This document shows, piece after piece, positions 1 through 16,261 of a DNA stretch of 64,000 bases. Location of the stretch: the NCBI RefSeq assembly GCF_009914755.1, contig NC_060937.1, one strand, 5' to 3'. Position 1 is the first letter of the stretch. Each line of letters starts with the position of its first letter. The notes beneath the pieces are model-generated. The model saw only the letters and a program-made list of their open reading frames with translations, was not told where the DNA came from and made no database searches. This DNA comes from the human T2T-CHM13v2.0 reference genome, Homo sapiens. Position numbers and translations under genes: made by a program.

Positions 1-1418
1 TTTCTGCCCACATGGCAAATTTCATTCATTTTTTTATGCAATCATACAATTAACAATATTTACTGTGCATTAAGTAGGTGTCATTCATGGTGCCAGAAAA
101 AAACATAATGCATTTTTTCCTGTGAGCTTGTAATCATGAACATATTAAATGAAAGTTACTAGCTCTAATATGCTAACCATATAAATAAAAGTTGCTAATG
201 TGAATTCTCCAGTAAAAAGATGTAAGATAACATAAAACTTCAATTGCAAATCAAATAAAGATTGGTATAGATTATACATTATTTATTTAGTCATTTGAAA
301 ATGGCATGATATATTATCAGAAAAACACTTGAAGAATTTCTCCAATTCTTTATAAAATTAATTTTGTATGACTTGTGAAACAGAAGCAGATAGCAAATCA
401 GATTGTCATTGCTATGAACACTGCTCTGGGCTAAATCTATTCTAAATCATGGCAACATACAACTGCAAAAACTTCCAGAGATTATAAAACCATTAACACT
501 GAATAGAACAGCACATAGCATACATAAAAGATTTATTTCTAAGTATGAAAAATTGCATTTCACTTCAACTATTTAATCTTGCTGTGTTGGTTGGCTTTGG
601 TAAATTGAAAAATGGTCTTTCTGACAGCTAGACTGTTGGGGCAACTGAAACATGTAACAGAAACCACAACTTTCAACATGGACTGCATTATCACTTACGA
701 AACAGATGAACAGTTTCAAACCAAACCATGATGTTCATCACAGCCTAAGTTTATACTGTTTATATCAGATACATATATTCCAAGAAAATGCTATATTAAC
801 CTTGCATGGATCCATGTGTTTTAATGATAGGATCAGTGACTATTCCAAAAACTCTCTATTTCATAAATTTTTATAATTTCCAAGAAAGATTATTCCATGA
901 CCAATTTTGTCTCCGAAACCTTATCAGTACTCCTTTCCTAGGGTCCTTTTTTTGAGATGCCCTAGAGTTTCCCATGGTGGGGGATCTCTCCTGCTGTAGC
1001 TTTTAATAAACCTAATTTTGTTGACCACATTTATATATCTGCTGGTCTCTGACTCATAAATATATACAGTTTATTGAACTGTAAATGTTTTGGTTTTTCA
1101 ACTACGCATGGTAATAATGAAATTTGATATCACAGAAATATGCAACAGGGCATATTCTAGGCCGTACCTCATGTAATCTAAAAATAGAGGTTTCAGTTGG
1201 ATTAAAGTTAGGTCTAAAATTCAAAAGCAGAGTTTTATAGAACTCTCTGGTGCTTGAACACTAATATGTCCCATAATCGATCTGCTTCTTTTGGTGTCTG
1301 GGGACTTTTACTTTCAAATTGTCTTCCTTATCCTTTATATCTTTCCTCTATGATAATAGTTCTCCTGAATTATAGTGTGTACCACAGCCTGCTCATGGCC
1401 GTTACTCTAAATAGATGT

Positions 1419-1572
1419 CAGGAATCTATGACTCATAGGCCAGATAGTGCTTTTTGCCCATTTTTGTAAGTAAAGCTTTATTGAAACATAACCATATCTA
1501 TTTGTTTTGTATTGTCTATGGGTGTTTTCATATTACGTTGGCAGAGTTGAATAATTGTGGCAGAAATCTGCT
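1419..1572 (+). mobile_element. MER58A-like hAT-Charlie non-autonomous DNA transposon fragment
   Basis: TTTTTGTAAGTAAAGCTTTATTGAAACATAACCATATC...TATTGTCTATGG...GGCAGAGTTGAATAATTGTGGCAGA resembles the recalled MER58A core. Confidence 0.75.
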
Positions 1573-1883
1573 GTAGAAATATCAAATAATAAGTGGGTTT
1601 TAGACATATTCTACCTTTGATGTCACTGAAATTTTCAAGTCAAATGTCCACTCAATAGTGGGAAATTTGGTTTTGAAAATGTTTTAAAAATTAAGGAATT
1701 CATTTACTCAAAAATTAAAAATGAATTTTTCACTTTTCCAAAATGATGATATAAAGAGATCTAGAGATCTCTCTCCAAAACTGGTCAAAATTTGCAAAGA
1801 CAAACATTTAAAATCTCTAGAGATCAACCAACTGCTTACAAAGAAATGAGAATCATTTTTCACAAAATAGGTGAATATACATT

Positions 1884-1972
1884 GTGATCTTGAACTCCTG
1901 AGCTCAAGTAGTCCTCTTCATGTGGCCTCCCATAGTGCTAGGATTACAGGCATGAGTCAACACACCTGACCA
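1884..1972 (-). mobile_element. 3'-truncated, tailless Alu/FLAM left-arm fragment with 11-bp TSD
   Basis: Minus strand reads GGTCAGGTGTGTTGACTCATGCCTGTAATCCTAGCACT...GAGTTCAAGATCAC. GAATATACATT occurs at 1873-1883 and 1973-1983. Confidence 0.85.
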
Positions 1973-4900
1973 GAATATACATTAGAAACAACAATAGTCT
2001 GTGACATTTGAGCTGGGAGCTGTACCCTACCTTCACAGCTCTGTGTTGAGGCTGACACGTTCCAATAGGCTCCATGCTAAGTGGCAGCTTCTATCTTCCC
2101 CACACTCTACGATGAAAAAGCTAGTCTGTGTACATTTGGCAGCTGTGAACACTGGTAGATACCATTTCTCATAGGTCTTTACTGTGTAAGACCTATGCTG
2201 GATGTATAGAACAAGCCAAGTGGTGTTTGCCCTTTCCCCAACTACTGCAGTGTAGGGAGAAGCCAGGTGGGACAGCAGGCAAAGTGTGCAGTATCCCATT
2301 CTCACAGAGCTCTGTGTTGCAAAATAAACTCTTTTGAGTAACAACTACCATTTCCTTTAGTTTCCAGAAGTGCAAGATTCATTACCTCTTAGAATTACCA
2401 CGACAGATTTTAAGTTAGTAAACCTCAACGTATTACAATATCCATGCCTCTGATCTACAATGGGTGTTGGTGGCAGCCAAGAGGCATCAGCAATTCCTCC
2501 TAACCCTCAAAGATACAGTTCCTGCTTCATGGTAATAATCCCCTTTCCCCAGCTCCTGCTTCATATTACAGAGATTCCTTCCAGGGAAGGTCCAGAGCAA
2601 GTTTCAAAGTTGGCAATGTCCTGCCTCTGCCAAGTGGTCCTATTTCTTTGAATTAGACTGAGGAAGAATTTACGTGACAGGGCATTGTCAAAACAGTGAA
2701 GTCATCTTGTAAGTAGTGAAATCTAACAGCTGGAGGTGATACCAATAAGGGCAGATGAGCCAGAAGTATAATTAGGGGATGAATAAAATAGACAGTCAAA
2801 TGTGGCCAGGTAAAATAATAAGCATTGCTGCTGGTACATGCTCAAGACTATTAACTGAGGAGAAACTGCGAGATAACTACTAGTTACTGATAACTAGATG
2901 AACACAGGGCTATCTGGTAAAATCCTGAACAGTTAAATTAAAAGCAATCTCCAAGCCACACACATACCTAATGACAGAAAATGAAATCCTTCTTGTAACA
3001 GGGCTTAGCTGCAATCTCTCCCTAGTCAGTGGCTAACCACTAAACATTGCTAAATGAGGAGCAACCCATAGAAAGTCTGGTTTAGTGATAAAAATTAGGA
3101 AAAAAATATTGAACAGGATATCAAAAAATTAGGAAAAATATTAAAAAGGATATCAAGGCATGCCCACAGCTAAGAAAATAGCCTTTACTGAAGTTGTCCA
3201 GACATGTCCATATACAAATAAACAAGCAAACAACAATAAGCTTCAATGGGCATCAGTAACTAGAGTTACAGCTACATATTATTTAAAACCTCTAGTTTGG
3301 AGCAAAATACTATGAGACATGTAAATAAACAGGAACATATAACCCATACACAAGAAAAGAAGCAAACACAATCAACTGCCTTGTTGGAGCCAAGATAATG
3401 AACTTATTAGGAAAAAAATTTAAAGCAATTATTATAAATATGTTCCAATAACAAAATAAAACCACGTTTAAAACCTTTAAAGAAGGTATGATGCAATATC
3501 TCATTAGATAGAGAATAGCAATAAACAAGTAGATTGTAAAAAGAAGCAACCAGAAAAGTACAACAAACAAAATAACAGAGTCATTAGAGGGGCTTGATAG
3601 TAGATTTGAGGTAACAGAAGAATCAGTGACTTGAAAATGGATCAAAAACTTACACAATATGAAGAACAGGAGTAAAAAGAAGAAAAATGAACAGAGGCTC
3701 AGAAAAAATTGTGGGACACCAGTAAGTACATCAACATATCTGAGATAGAAGTTCTAGAAGGAGAAAAGAAAAAGAAGAAAGCAGAAAATATAAGCAAAAG
3801 AAACATGGTTCAAACTTCTCCAAATAAATGAAAAACATTAATATAAATATCTAAGAAGTTCAATAAACTTCCAAGTAGGATAAACTAGAGATCTTCATGC
3901 GGAAACATCTAGTCAAAACTGAAAGCCAAAAGTAAAGAGAAAGTCTTAGAATCAAAAAGAAAAAAAGAGTCATCACATGTAAGAGAAACTGAATAAGACT
4001 GACAGCTGACTTGTCTTCAGAAGCCATGGAGGCCAGAAGGTAGTTGGATGACATATTCAAAGTACTGAAAGAAAATAAAAATTGTCAACCAAGAATCCCA
4101 TATCCAGAAAAAAAAATTTAAAAAATGAAGTTCAAATACAGACAGACCTGCTTTTTGAGAAATACTAAAAGAGGTAGGTCAGGCTAAAAGCAAGTTACAG
4201 TAGGCAGTAATTTGATACTTCATAAAAAAATAAAGATGACTGATAAAGATAATTAATTTAAGTAATCATAAGAGACATAATAATTGCACATTTCTTCTCA
4301 CTTTTTCTCCTGTTTTTTTAAATGCATAAAACAATATATATCCAATTGTAGTTTCGGGCTTACAACATATAGAAATGTAATATATTTGTCATTAATATCA
4401 CAAAGGAGATAGGTGGAAACAAGACTGCATTAGAGGAAGAAAATGACACTAAATGCCAACTCTAATTCACAGAAAAAGATTAAGAGAATCAGGATTCATT
4501 AAAAAGAAGGTAATGTAGCAAAATTTATCTATTTATACATGTCTCCTTTCTTCCCTCAGCTTCTTTAAAAGAAATAGATTATATAAATTAATAATCATAT
4601 TGATCTCTTTTTGGGATATATATATATATAAATTTTCAATGTATAGCAATATTAGCACAAAAGGGGAAATGGAACTATATATGAATACAATTCCTATATC
4701 TCACTGAAAATAACTTATGAATCTGAAGTAGAGTATTATAAGTTAAGGATGTGTAGTTTAAGCCTTAGAGCAATTATTAAGATTATAATTTTTAAAAAAA
4801 CATACTTAAACAATCATCAAAGAAATTAAAATGGGACCATAGAAAATTTCCAATTTATTTAAAAGTAAGTAGGAAAGGAGGAAAGGAAGAACAAAGAAAA

Positions 4901-6174
4901 CTGTCAGATAGAAGCCCAACACTACCAATAACAATTTAATTATATATGAATTAAACAATTACTTGTTTAATGCCTTAAACAAGGCAGAGATTGTCACATT
5001 GGATTTAAAAACCAAACCAAACGAACCCAAAATTCATCTGTGTGCTGAGTACAAGAGAAAGTCGTTAACATTCAAAGATACAAGCAGTTGAAAATAAAAG
5101 GATGAGAAAAGATATATCATGCAAACAGCAACCACAATAGCTGGAGTAGCTTTTCTTATAACAAAGAAAATAAATTTTCAAAAATAGAAGACAAAAAAAA
5201 ACCTTCCCAATCGATTCCATGAGGCCAATATTACTTTGATATCAAAGTCAGAAAAGCCACAGCACAAAAAACAATATTATGTACCAATATTTCTTATGAA
5301 TATAAATGCAAACATCTTCAAGGAAATACTAGCAAACTCATTCCAGCAGTGTATTAAAAGGATTATACATCATGACAAAGTAGAATGCATCCCAGGAATG
5401 GGAGCTTGGTTTAACATTCAAAAATCAATTTATATAATAACTCATTAATAGTTAAAGGATGAAAAGCAAATGATCACCTCAATAATTACAGAAATGCATT
5501 GGCAGAATAACATGCCCTCTCTTTATAATAGTACTTAACAAAATAAGTATAGAAAGGAACTTCCTAACCCTTTTGTAGATAAAGAGGGCATCTACAAAAG
5601 GAATTTCCTATTCCTTTTGTAGATATAGGGCATCTACAAAAATTTCACTTAACACTTAAAAACTAGAGGCTTTCTTCCAATGTTAGGAACAAGACAAGGA
5701 AGTCCAATTTTGCCAATTTTATTCAACATTACATTAGAGGCTCTATACAGAGAGGTTAGGCAAATGAAAATACAAAGACTGGAAAGAAAAAAGTAAAACT
5801 CTTTTTAATTGCCCATGACAAAATGTTGTATGTAAAACCCTTAGAAAATTACTTGAAAAGCTATAGAGCTAATAAGTGAGTTTAGCAATATACTGGATAC
5901 AAGGTCAACATACAAAAATCAATTATGTTTTTATAGACTATTTGTTTTAATAGACTATAGACAATTAATAACTTAAAAATTAAAACAAAACCTTTTACAA
6001 TTATAATGACAACAAAAAGGATAAAATAGTTGGAAATAAATTTAACCAAAAAAAAGTGTAAGAATGTACACTGATAAATACAAAACATCAGTGAAGAAAC
6101 TTGAGAAAGATTTGAATAAATGGGAGACATTTACATAAATGAAACATTCCATGCTCATGCATTGGAAGACTAAT

Positions 6175-6396
6175 ATTGTTAAAACGGCGATACTCCCTAA
6201 ATTAATCTATAGGTTCAATCCTCATCAAAATTCCAGCTCTTTCTTTTTTAAATATTGACAAGCCAATCTTCAAATTGATATGGAAATTGTTAAAATGGCA
6301 ATACTCCCTAAATTAATCTATAGGTCCAATCCTTATAAAAATTCCAGCCCAGTCTTTTTAAAAAATTGACAAGCCAATCTTCAAATTGATATGGAA
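6175..6396 (+). repeat. 111-bp tandem duplication inside old L1 ORF2
   Basis: ATTGTTAAAA(C/T)GGC...CTTCAAATTGATATGGAA starts at both 6175 and 6286. Confidence 0.9.
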
Positions 6397-8009
6397 ATTT
6401 AAAGGACTTAGAATAGCTAAAACAATCTAGGAAAAAAATATAGATTGTTTACATGTCTTGATATTACAATTTACTACGAAGCCACAAGAATCAAGATATG
6501 TGGTCATGGCATAAGGACAAACATATAGATCGACAAACTAGAAGTGAACATCCAGAAATAAAGCTTCACTTTGGTGTTCAACTGATTTTTAATATGAGTG
6601 CTGAGACAATTTAATTGAGAAGGGATAGTTTTTTCAATAAATGATAATGTAACTACTGTATGTGAACATGTAAAACAATAAAGTTGGACCCCTGCCTCAC
6701 AATACTCACAAAAAATTAATCCAAAGAGAATCATACACCTAAATGTAAGAGCTAAACCTATAAAACTGTTAGAAATAAATAGGCATGAATCTTTGTGGCC
6801 TTGAATTGAATAATGAGTTTTTAAAAATAGACACATTAGGTTTTATCAAAATTGAACAAAAGACACCATTCAGGAAGGAAAAGACAACATACAGAATGAG
6901 AGAAAATGTTTGCACGTAATATATCTGATAAGGGACTTGTGTTCAGAATGTATAAAGCATGCTTGCAACTCAATAAAAGTACTAATAACTAAACTAAAAA
7001 ATGGGCAAAATATATGAATAGAACTTTCTCTAAAGAAGATATACAAGTGGTCAGTAAGCACATGAAAAGCTAATCAATATTATTACTCATTTGGGATATA
7101 CAAATCAACCACAATATTTCACTCTATATGCAGTGTGATGGCTACACTAAAAAAGATATTTGGGAAATGCAAATCAAAATACAGTACTTCACATTATACA
7201 CAGTATGCTCATTATACTAAAAAAGACAGACAATAACAAATGTTGAAAAAAATATGAACAAATTTGAATCCTCATACATTGCTAGCAGAAACATAAAATA
7301 AGGAAGCCACTTCAGAAAACAATTTATCATTGCTCAAAATGATAAACATAGTTATCATATGAACAAGTATTTCTATTCTTATATACATATACATAAAAGA
7401 AAAATACATATCTTCATAAAAACTAGTAAATACATATTTATAGTTGCATTATCATAATAGCAAAATGACACAATATTTTAAGAAAGAAAATAAAAAAGTT
7501 CATAAACTGATGAATGGAGAAATAAAATATGGTATATCCAGACAATAAAATATTATTTCTTAATAACAAATGAATGCGATACTGATACAATGTATGACAT
7601 GATAAACACAGAAAACATGCTTTAGGAAGGAAGCCAATAACAAAGGATACCATATTGTATGATTCCATTTATATGAAATGCTAATAATAAGCAAATATTT
7701 GAGACAGGAAGATTAGATGTTTCCTACGGCTGGTGGGGAGGGTTAATGGGAAATAACTGCTTATTGGTATGGGATTTATTTTTGGGGTGAGAAAATATTC
7801 TAAAATTTAGATGGTAGTGTTTGTTGCACAACTCTGAATCTGTTAAATACTACTGGATTTTATACTTAATATATAGATTTTGTGATATATGAAGTGTACC
7901 TTAATAAAACTTTTTAAAAGAAAACAATGAGAACAATTTCCATAAGATGTCAATTTATCTGGGACTTATGTTCTTCATCAGCATTTAAACAAACTACAGA
8001 ATGCTAAGT

Positions 8010-8012
<3 letters not shown>

Positions 8013-8049
<37 letters not shown>
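8013..8049. repeat. (GT)n microsatellite
   Basis: Uninterrupted GT run. Confidence 0.97.
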
Positions 8050-8052
<3 letters not shown>

Positions 8053-8287
8053 ACCACTTAAATTATAAATTAATTCTACCTTCTGTGTGCTAGGGTGCAT
8101 TAAGGAAGTAATTTGGTTTATAGATGTAAACATTCAATTATTTTACACTTCAGAGGTTTCAAATATAGAATATAGTGAGCTCATTAACTTTTTAAAGAAA
8201 ATTCTAGCAAGTGGTAAAATTAAGAAATATATATAGTCAAATAATGTTGACGGAAGGCCGAATTGTGAAGACAAAACAATTTCCTAT

Positions 8288-8632
8288 TGCTGTTATCTGA
8301 AAGATTCCACCCTCCCCAAATTGATATGTTGAAATTGAATCCCCAATGTTTTGCTATTAAGAGGTAGGGCCTTAGGGAGGTAACTAGGTCATGAGGTTAA
8401 AGCCCTTGTCAATGGGATATGTGTCTTTATAGGAGTTTGTTTGCACCTTCAGCCATGTGAGGACACATAGAAGACTCTCTTTATGTGCAATAGGCCCTTA
8501 CCAGACACTGAATCTGCTGGCATCTTGGGCTTCCACTTCCCAACTTCCAGAATTGTGAGCAATACATTTCTCTTGTTTATAAACTACCCAATTTTTGGTA
8601 TTTTGTTATAACAGCTCAAATGGACTAAGATA
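8288..8632 (+). mobile_element. MLT1A-like MaLR solo LTR
   Basis: CCCCAAATTGATATGTTGAAAT...CCAGACACTGAATCTGCTGG...TTGTTTATAAACTACCCA...ATGGACTAAGA. Confidence 0.8.
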
Positions 8633-8670
8633 AAATAAATGTTTGAAAAGCGTGGTTGCTGAAAATATTT

Positions 8671-11701
<3,031 letters not shown>

Positions 11702-13104
11702 TAAATTTTAAGCCTAATTCAACCTACCTTGCTCTTTTTATTATTTTTCAGTTTGATTAGTGAAAGCAAACTATTTTAAAAATGCTAAACTAGATATAGT
11801 TAATACATCACATTAGTTGAAGTATTTAACAGTTCCAATGATAATTAAAATTATATTTGAACCTTGCTAGGTTTGGATGATTACACCATTCCTTTGATAT
11901 TGCTGTTTTAATTGAATTAAACATAGATTGCTAGTGTGTTTGTATAGTTAACAAAAAGCACAAAAGGTGATCATGTACCATGTGTTAGAATCTTTGTTGC
12001 CTGGTAGATTCTTTGGTATTCATGTGGAACTCTTAGGTATGCTCTGCTAAGTCTGAGCACATATCATCCTGAACTTTAATCTTGGTTATAGCTGGCTGAA
12101 CCATCATTTAAAGAAAGTACATTTTGGCTCCTTGATCCATGATGTATGGAAAATGTAACCTTGATATTAAACTTTTCTAAGATAAATTTTTCAAGTTAGT
12201 TCTTTAAATATGGGATTGACTGATGTGAGAACTCCTGAAATATCATTTCCCTTCTCTTATTGTGAGAAAATTCAAAGTAAACTCATACTAGAATAAAAAA
12301 GATCCACATTTCCAATTAAATTATCTGATTCTTTCTTTCTCTCTTATAAATAAATGTCTGTATATTTGTATGCTTCCCCTTTCAAAATTCTATTTTGCTA
12401 GTATATTTTTAATGTGCTTATATGAAATTATATTGTGCTTCCTTTTAAATTACAGTACTACATAAAATTATACCAGTTTGCTTACTTTTACAACTTAGCG
12501 AACCTTTTATTTTAATTTTAATAAAATATATAGAGATTGATTCTATAATTATAAAATCTAATGAGAAAATTAATAATAGGTTAAATTGATAGAGTGTTCA
12601 AATATTTATAGCCCAAAAGGGCATTTGGATCAGAACATCTTATAGGCAAATATTCCTAGATTTTCAGGGAATAAAAAATTTCTATGCATAAAAAACAAAG
12701 GAAACATCCTGTTTCTTTGAGAGTTTTATAACCTGCTATGACAATCAGGCAAAGCACACACCCACAAAGACACACACACAAAGGGAAAATTATAGATAAG
12801 TACCACTTATTAGTATATATCAGTATTAGTGAATCAGTAATATTAATAGTATAATAGCAATCAGTATTAATGTAATCAGTAAATAAACCTGTTATTAAAA
12901 AGGCTTTTTTACTAGCATGAATAAAATTAGGCTTTCTTAAATAATGAATGAATGAATGGGAGGAATACTTGTACAATTATTTGAATTAAGATGATGATAT
13001 TCAAGCTTCTTGAGGAGAAATAGGGAATCTCTAAATCAATCTATAATATTTGATATTTAAGAAGTGTACAAGCAGCACAAAATTTTTGAAGACTTCTACA
13101 TTTT

Positions 13105-14165
13105 TAAATAAATGTTTTGTTTTGAAATAATTTTAGTTTTATTTTGAAAAGTTGAAAGCGTACAGTTACGATAGAACTTGCAATCAGTTTCTCTTAATGT
13201 TAACGTAAAATGTTATAGATTAATATCATATATAATATATTACATATATAATATATATAGTGTGTGTATATATATATAATATTAACCATGGAACATTTGT
13301 CAAAACTAAGAAATTATCACAGCTTACTACTATCAACTAAACTGCACAGGTTATTAAGATTTAGCAAGCTTTCCACTAATGTTCTTTTATGGTTCAATAC
13401 AATTCAAGATACCACACTTAGTCACGATCTCTCTGTATTCTCCCCTTGCCTGTCACAATTCTTCAGTCTTTACTTATATCTTGTGACATTAACAGTTTTG
13501 AAGAATATTGGTCAAATATTTTGCAGAATGTCTCCAAATGTTGTCTGTCTGCCATTTTTCTCATGATATCTCATGTTATCAATATAACTCATTACTGGTT
13601 ATGCTAGCATTGATCCCTTGGTTTAGGTAGTATTTGCCAGATTTCTCCACTGTAAAGTTAGTATTTTTTTCATTTCATTCTGTGTGTGTGTGTGTGTGTG
13701 TGTGGTTTTTTTTTTTTTTTTTTTTGGAAACAAGCCATTAAATTCAATCTACACCCAGAGGGAGGGGAATTCAGCTTCACCTCCTAAAAGCGAAAGTATC
13801 TATATCTAACATTTGAATTTTTTTTGTAAGAGAGATTTTTCCCTTTTCTCCATTTATTTATTTATTTATTTATCTATTTATTTAATCGTTCTTACTATGG
13901 ACTCATGTAAACACATTTTATATTTTGAGTTATAATCCAATACTACATTATTTAAATTGCTGGCCATTGAAAATTCTTTTGTGTAATCTCTGTTTGCCTT
14001 CATCCTCCCTCCAGGGATGTACTTCCTTCTTTCCTGGCACTACAAGATGCTCCAGGGTCCTCTTGTATTTTCCTATCCCAGGCCTAGAGGCTGCTTTCTC
14101 CAAGGAGCCCTGGTTTCTTTTTTTGGAGAATGATTTCTAGAAATCAAGACCTGGACATTGGGTTC
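13105..14165 (-). mobile_element. L1MC/L1MD-type 3' UTR fragment
   Basis: CATTTGTCAAAACTAAGAAATTA...ACTAAACTGCA and CTGGCACTACAAGATGCTCCAGG...TTCTCCAAGGAGCCCTGGTTTC motifs. Confidence 0.7.
13681..13725. repeat. (TG)n followed by poly-T
   Basis: Seen directly. Confidence 0.95.
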
Positions 14166-15777
14166 CTACATTTTCACCGTTCAAACACAAAATAAATAAT
14201 GATAATAAAGTAAATAATAAAAAATTCTATTCTTCAAATTCGGAATAAGAATAATAATAAAGTTAAATTCCCAAGCCTCTGTTGCCACTAGGAATACCAT
14301 GATGTGGAACTTAATTACATGAAAAAAATTTAGGACACATTAAGTCAATGTAGCTGTTAAGGGTGATAGCAGGGGTACGTGGGTCTGGTGGCAACAGTGG
14401 AAGCTACGGACATTTCAGTTGTGTGTGCAGTGTTTTTTGGTGAGTTGTTCATGGAAGGATCTAGTTTCTCCAGCTTTTCAATTACTTTGTAAATTGACTC
14501 CTAACCTGTTATAATCTCTATTCTTAAAATAGCTGCAGTATATTATTGTCTAAAATTAAGAGTGCTGACCTAGGCATTAAGAGTGGGACAGAAAATACCA
14601 AATACATGTCATCAATTCAGAGCATATGGCAAATCTTAGAGTGATCCAATCAATCTGTAAGACTCCGACTTTAAGGGAAAGCAAACAAAATCCAAAATAA
14701 TTATCCAATATGCTCGACCAGTCATAATTAAAAAGACATTTCAATTTTATCATCCTTAAACATGGATGTTGAGCCATTGATGTAAATTCACCATGAAGAA
14801 ACCACCTTGAAGGCGTATGCATATCAGAGAGTAAACTTACACATATGAAATGCGTTAGTACCTTCAGACCTTATGCAAGCTATGATCTTTTTATAATGAT
14901 TGAGTATTACACGAATTACCTAACATTATGACAATGTTTGTTAGATAGCATTATTTTGGAATGAGCAGCTTAAAGAACATGATCACATAATTCCCAAATG
15001 GTTTGATATTCAGTTTCCACTAAAGTCCTAAGATAATTCCAGAGCTATTTTCAATAGTAGAAAAGATTATTGCTAATATATGTATGATCTTCATCAAAAC
15101 TCTTCGGTTTTTCTTTTACAAGTTTCCTGTTTGAGACTTCCCAACTCGGTAATCTGCCAGTGTTTGAACTTTACACAATTTACCAGGTCACGAAGCTGCA
15201 ATTTCAGAGTTGTACTCTGAAACATGGAATGGTGCAAGGCCTTTCTCTTATATAGGACTGTATTTGAAAGTAATTTGAGTTATAAAGAAAATAATTTTCA
15301 TCAGGCAATATTTTAGGGCCTGCCTCTATGTCCTCAGCATTGAGCTTCTTCCTTCGAAGAACTGATAAGCAGCTATTTGTATACCCTATTTTACTGTGTC
15401 ATTTTTCTACCAATAATTTTACTGATGTAGCAGGTCCTTTTTTGATGGGATATATTTTCTCTGACAAACATGGGTGTTAAAAATATCAGATTTTTTTTTT
15501 CCTTATTGCTCTCTAGGTCCTACAAGCATGATAGCATTAGGATGATGGACCAGAATGATGTTGTGTGTGATGATGAGGGCATTGCGGACCATGTGGACCA
15601 CAAGGAGGCATGAAATGCAAGGACTAACATGTCACTGAGGCGGTAGAGTAAAATCTGTTCTTACTTTACTGCAAGAAAATCAAATGGGGATTTTAACATT
15701 TACCATATAGAATGTGTTATCCCCATCAATAGCGGCATTTCAGATATCAGAGGCTATGTTGATATAGCCATATATGG

Positions 15778-16261
15778 CACTTTCCCATTTGCTGGTATAA
15801 CAAACTTAGTGATGTAAAACAACACAAAGTTATCATATTATATTTCCATAGGTCTGAAGTTCAAAATTAGTGTCACTGGGCCAAAATCAACTGCCAGCAG
15901 GGCTATGTTGCTTTCTGAAAGCTCTAGAGGAGAATTCACTTCTTCGCCTTTTCTACCCTCTAGAGATGGAGAAGTTCATAGTCCCCTTTCACATTTACAA
16001 GGCCAGCAACATAGTGTTTCTCTAACCTTGCTTCTGTCTTTTCATCTCTTTTCCTTCCACAACTGGGAAAATTCTCTACTTTTAAGGATCTATGTTGTTA
16101 TTGTGGGCCTACCTAGATAATCCAGTATGTCCCTCCCATACCAAGGTCATTAACTTAATTACATCTGCAAAGTTCTGTTTGCAATATAATCGAATACTTT
16201 CACAAATCCTGGGGATTGGAGCATGGAAAACTTTGAGAAACCATTATTTTGTCTACCATAC
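15778..16261 (-). mobile_element. MLT1D-like MaLR solo LTR
   Basis: AAAACAACACAAAGTTATCA...CTGAAAGCTCTAGAGGAGAAT...ATTACATCTGCAAAG...ATTATTTTGTCTACCA. Confidence 0.75.

Larger units (their letters stand above)
1750..7920 (+). mobile_element. Near-full-length ancient L1 (L1MB-type 3' end): 5' UTR, decayed ORF1 (about 3310-4200), spacer, ORF2 remnants and 3' UTR
   Basis: ORF 5236-5448 translates to an L1 RT-like segment (NINANIFKEILAN..IIHHDKVECIPGMGAWFNI). 7680-7915 resembles the L1MB 3' end ending in AATAAA. An endonuclease-like start lies at about 4900-5170. Confidence 0.8.

Noticed and set aside
880-1060. Possible ERVL LTR remnant (AATAAACCTAATTTTGTT); similar weak LTR-like patches at about 14350-14580, 18240-18600 and 23340-23590
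   Set aside because: Too diverged to assign a family or boundaries by eye
3310-3657. Hydrophobic 115-aa minus-strand ORF that looks like a membrane protein
   Set aside because: It is the antisense of A-rich L1 ORF1; T-rich codons give spurious Phe/Leu/Ile runs
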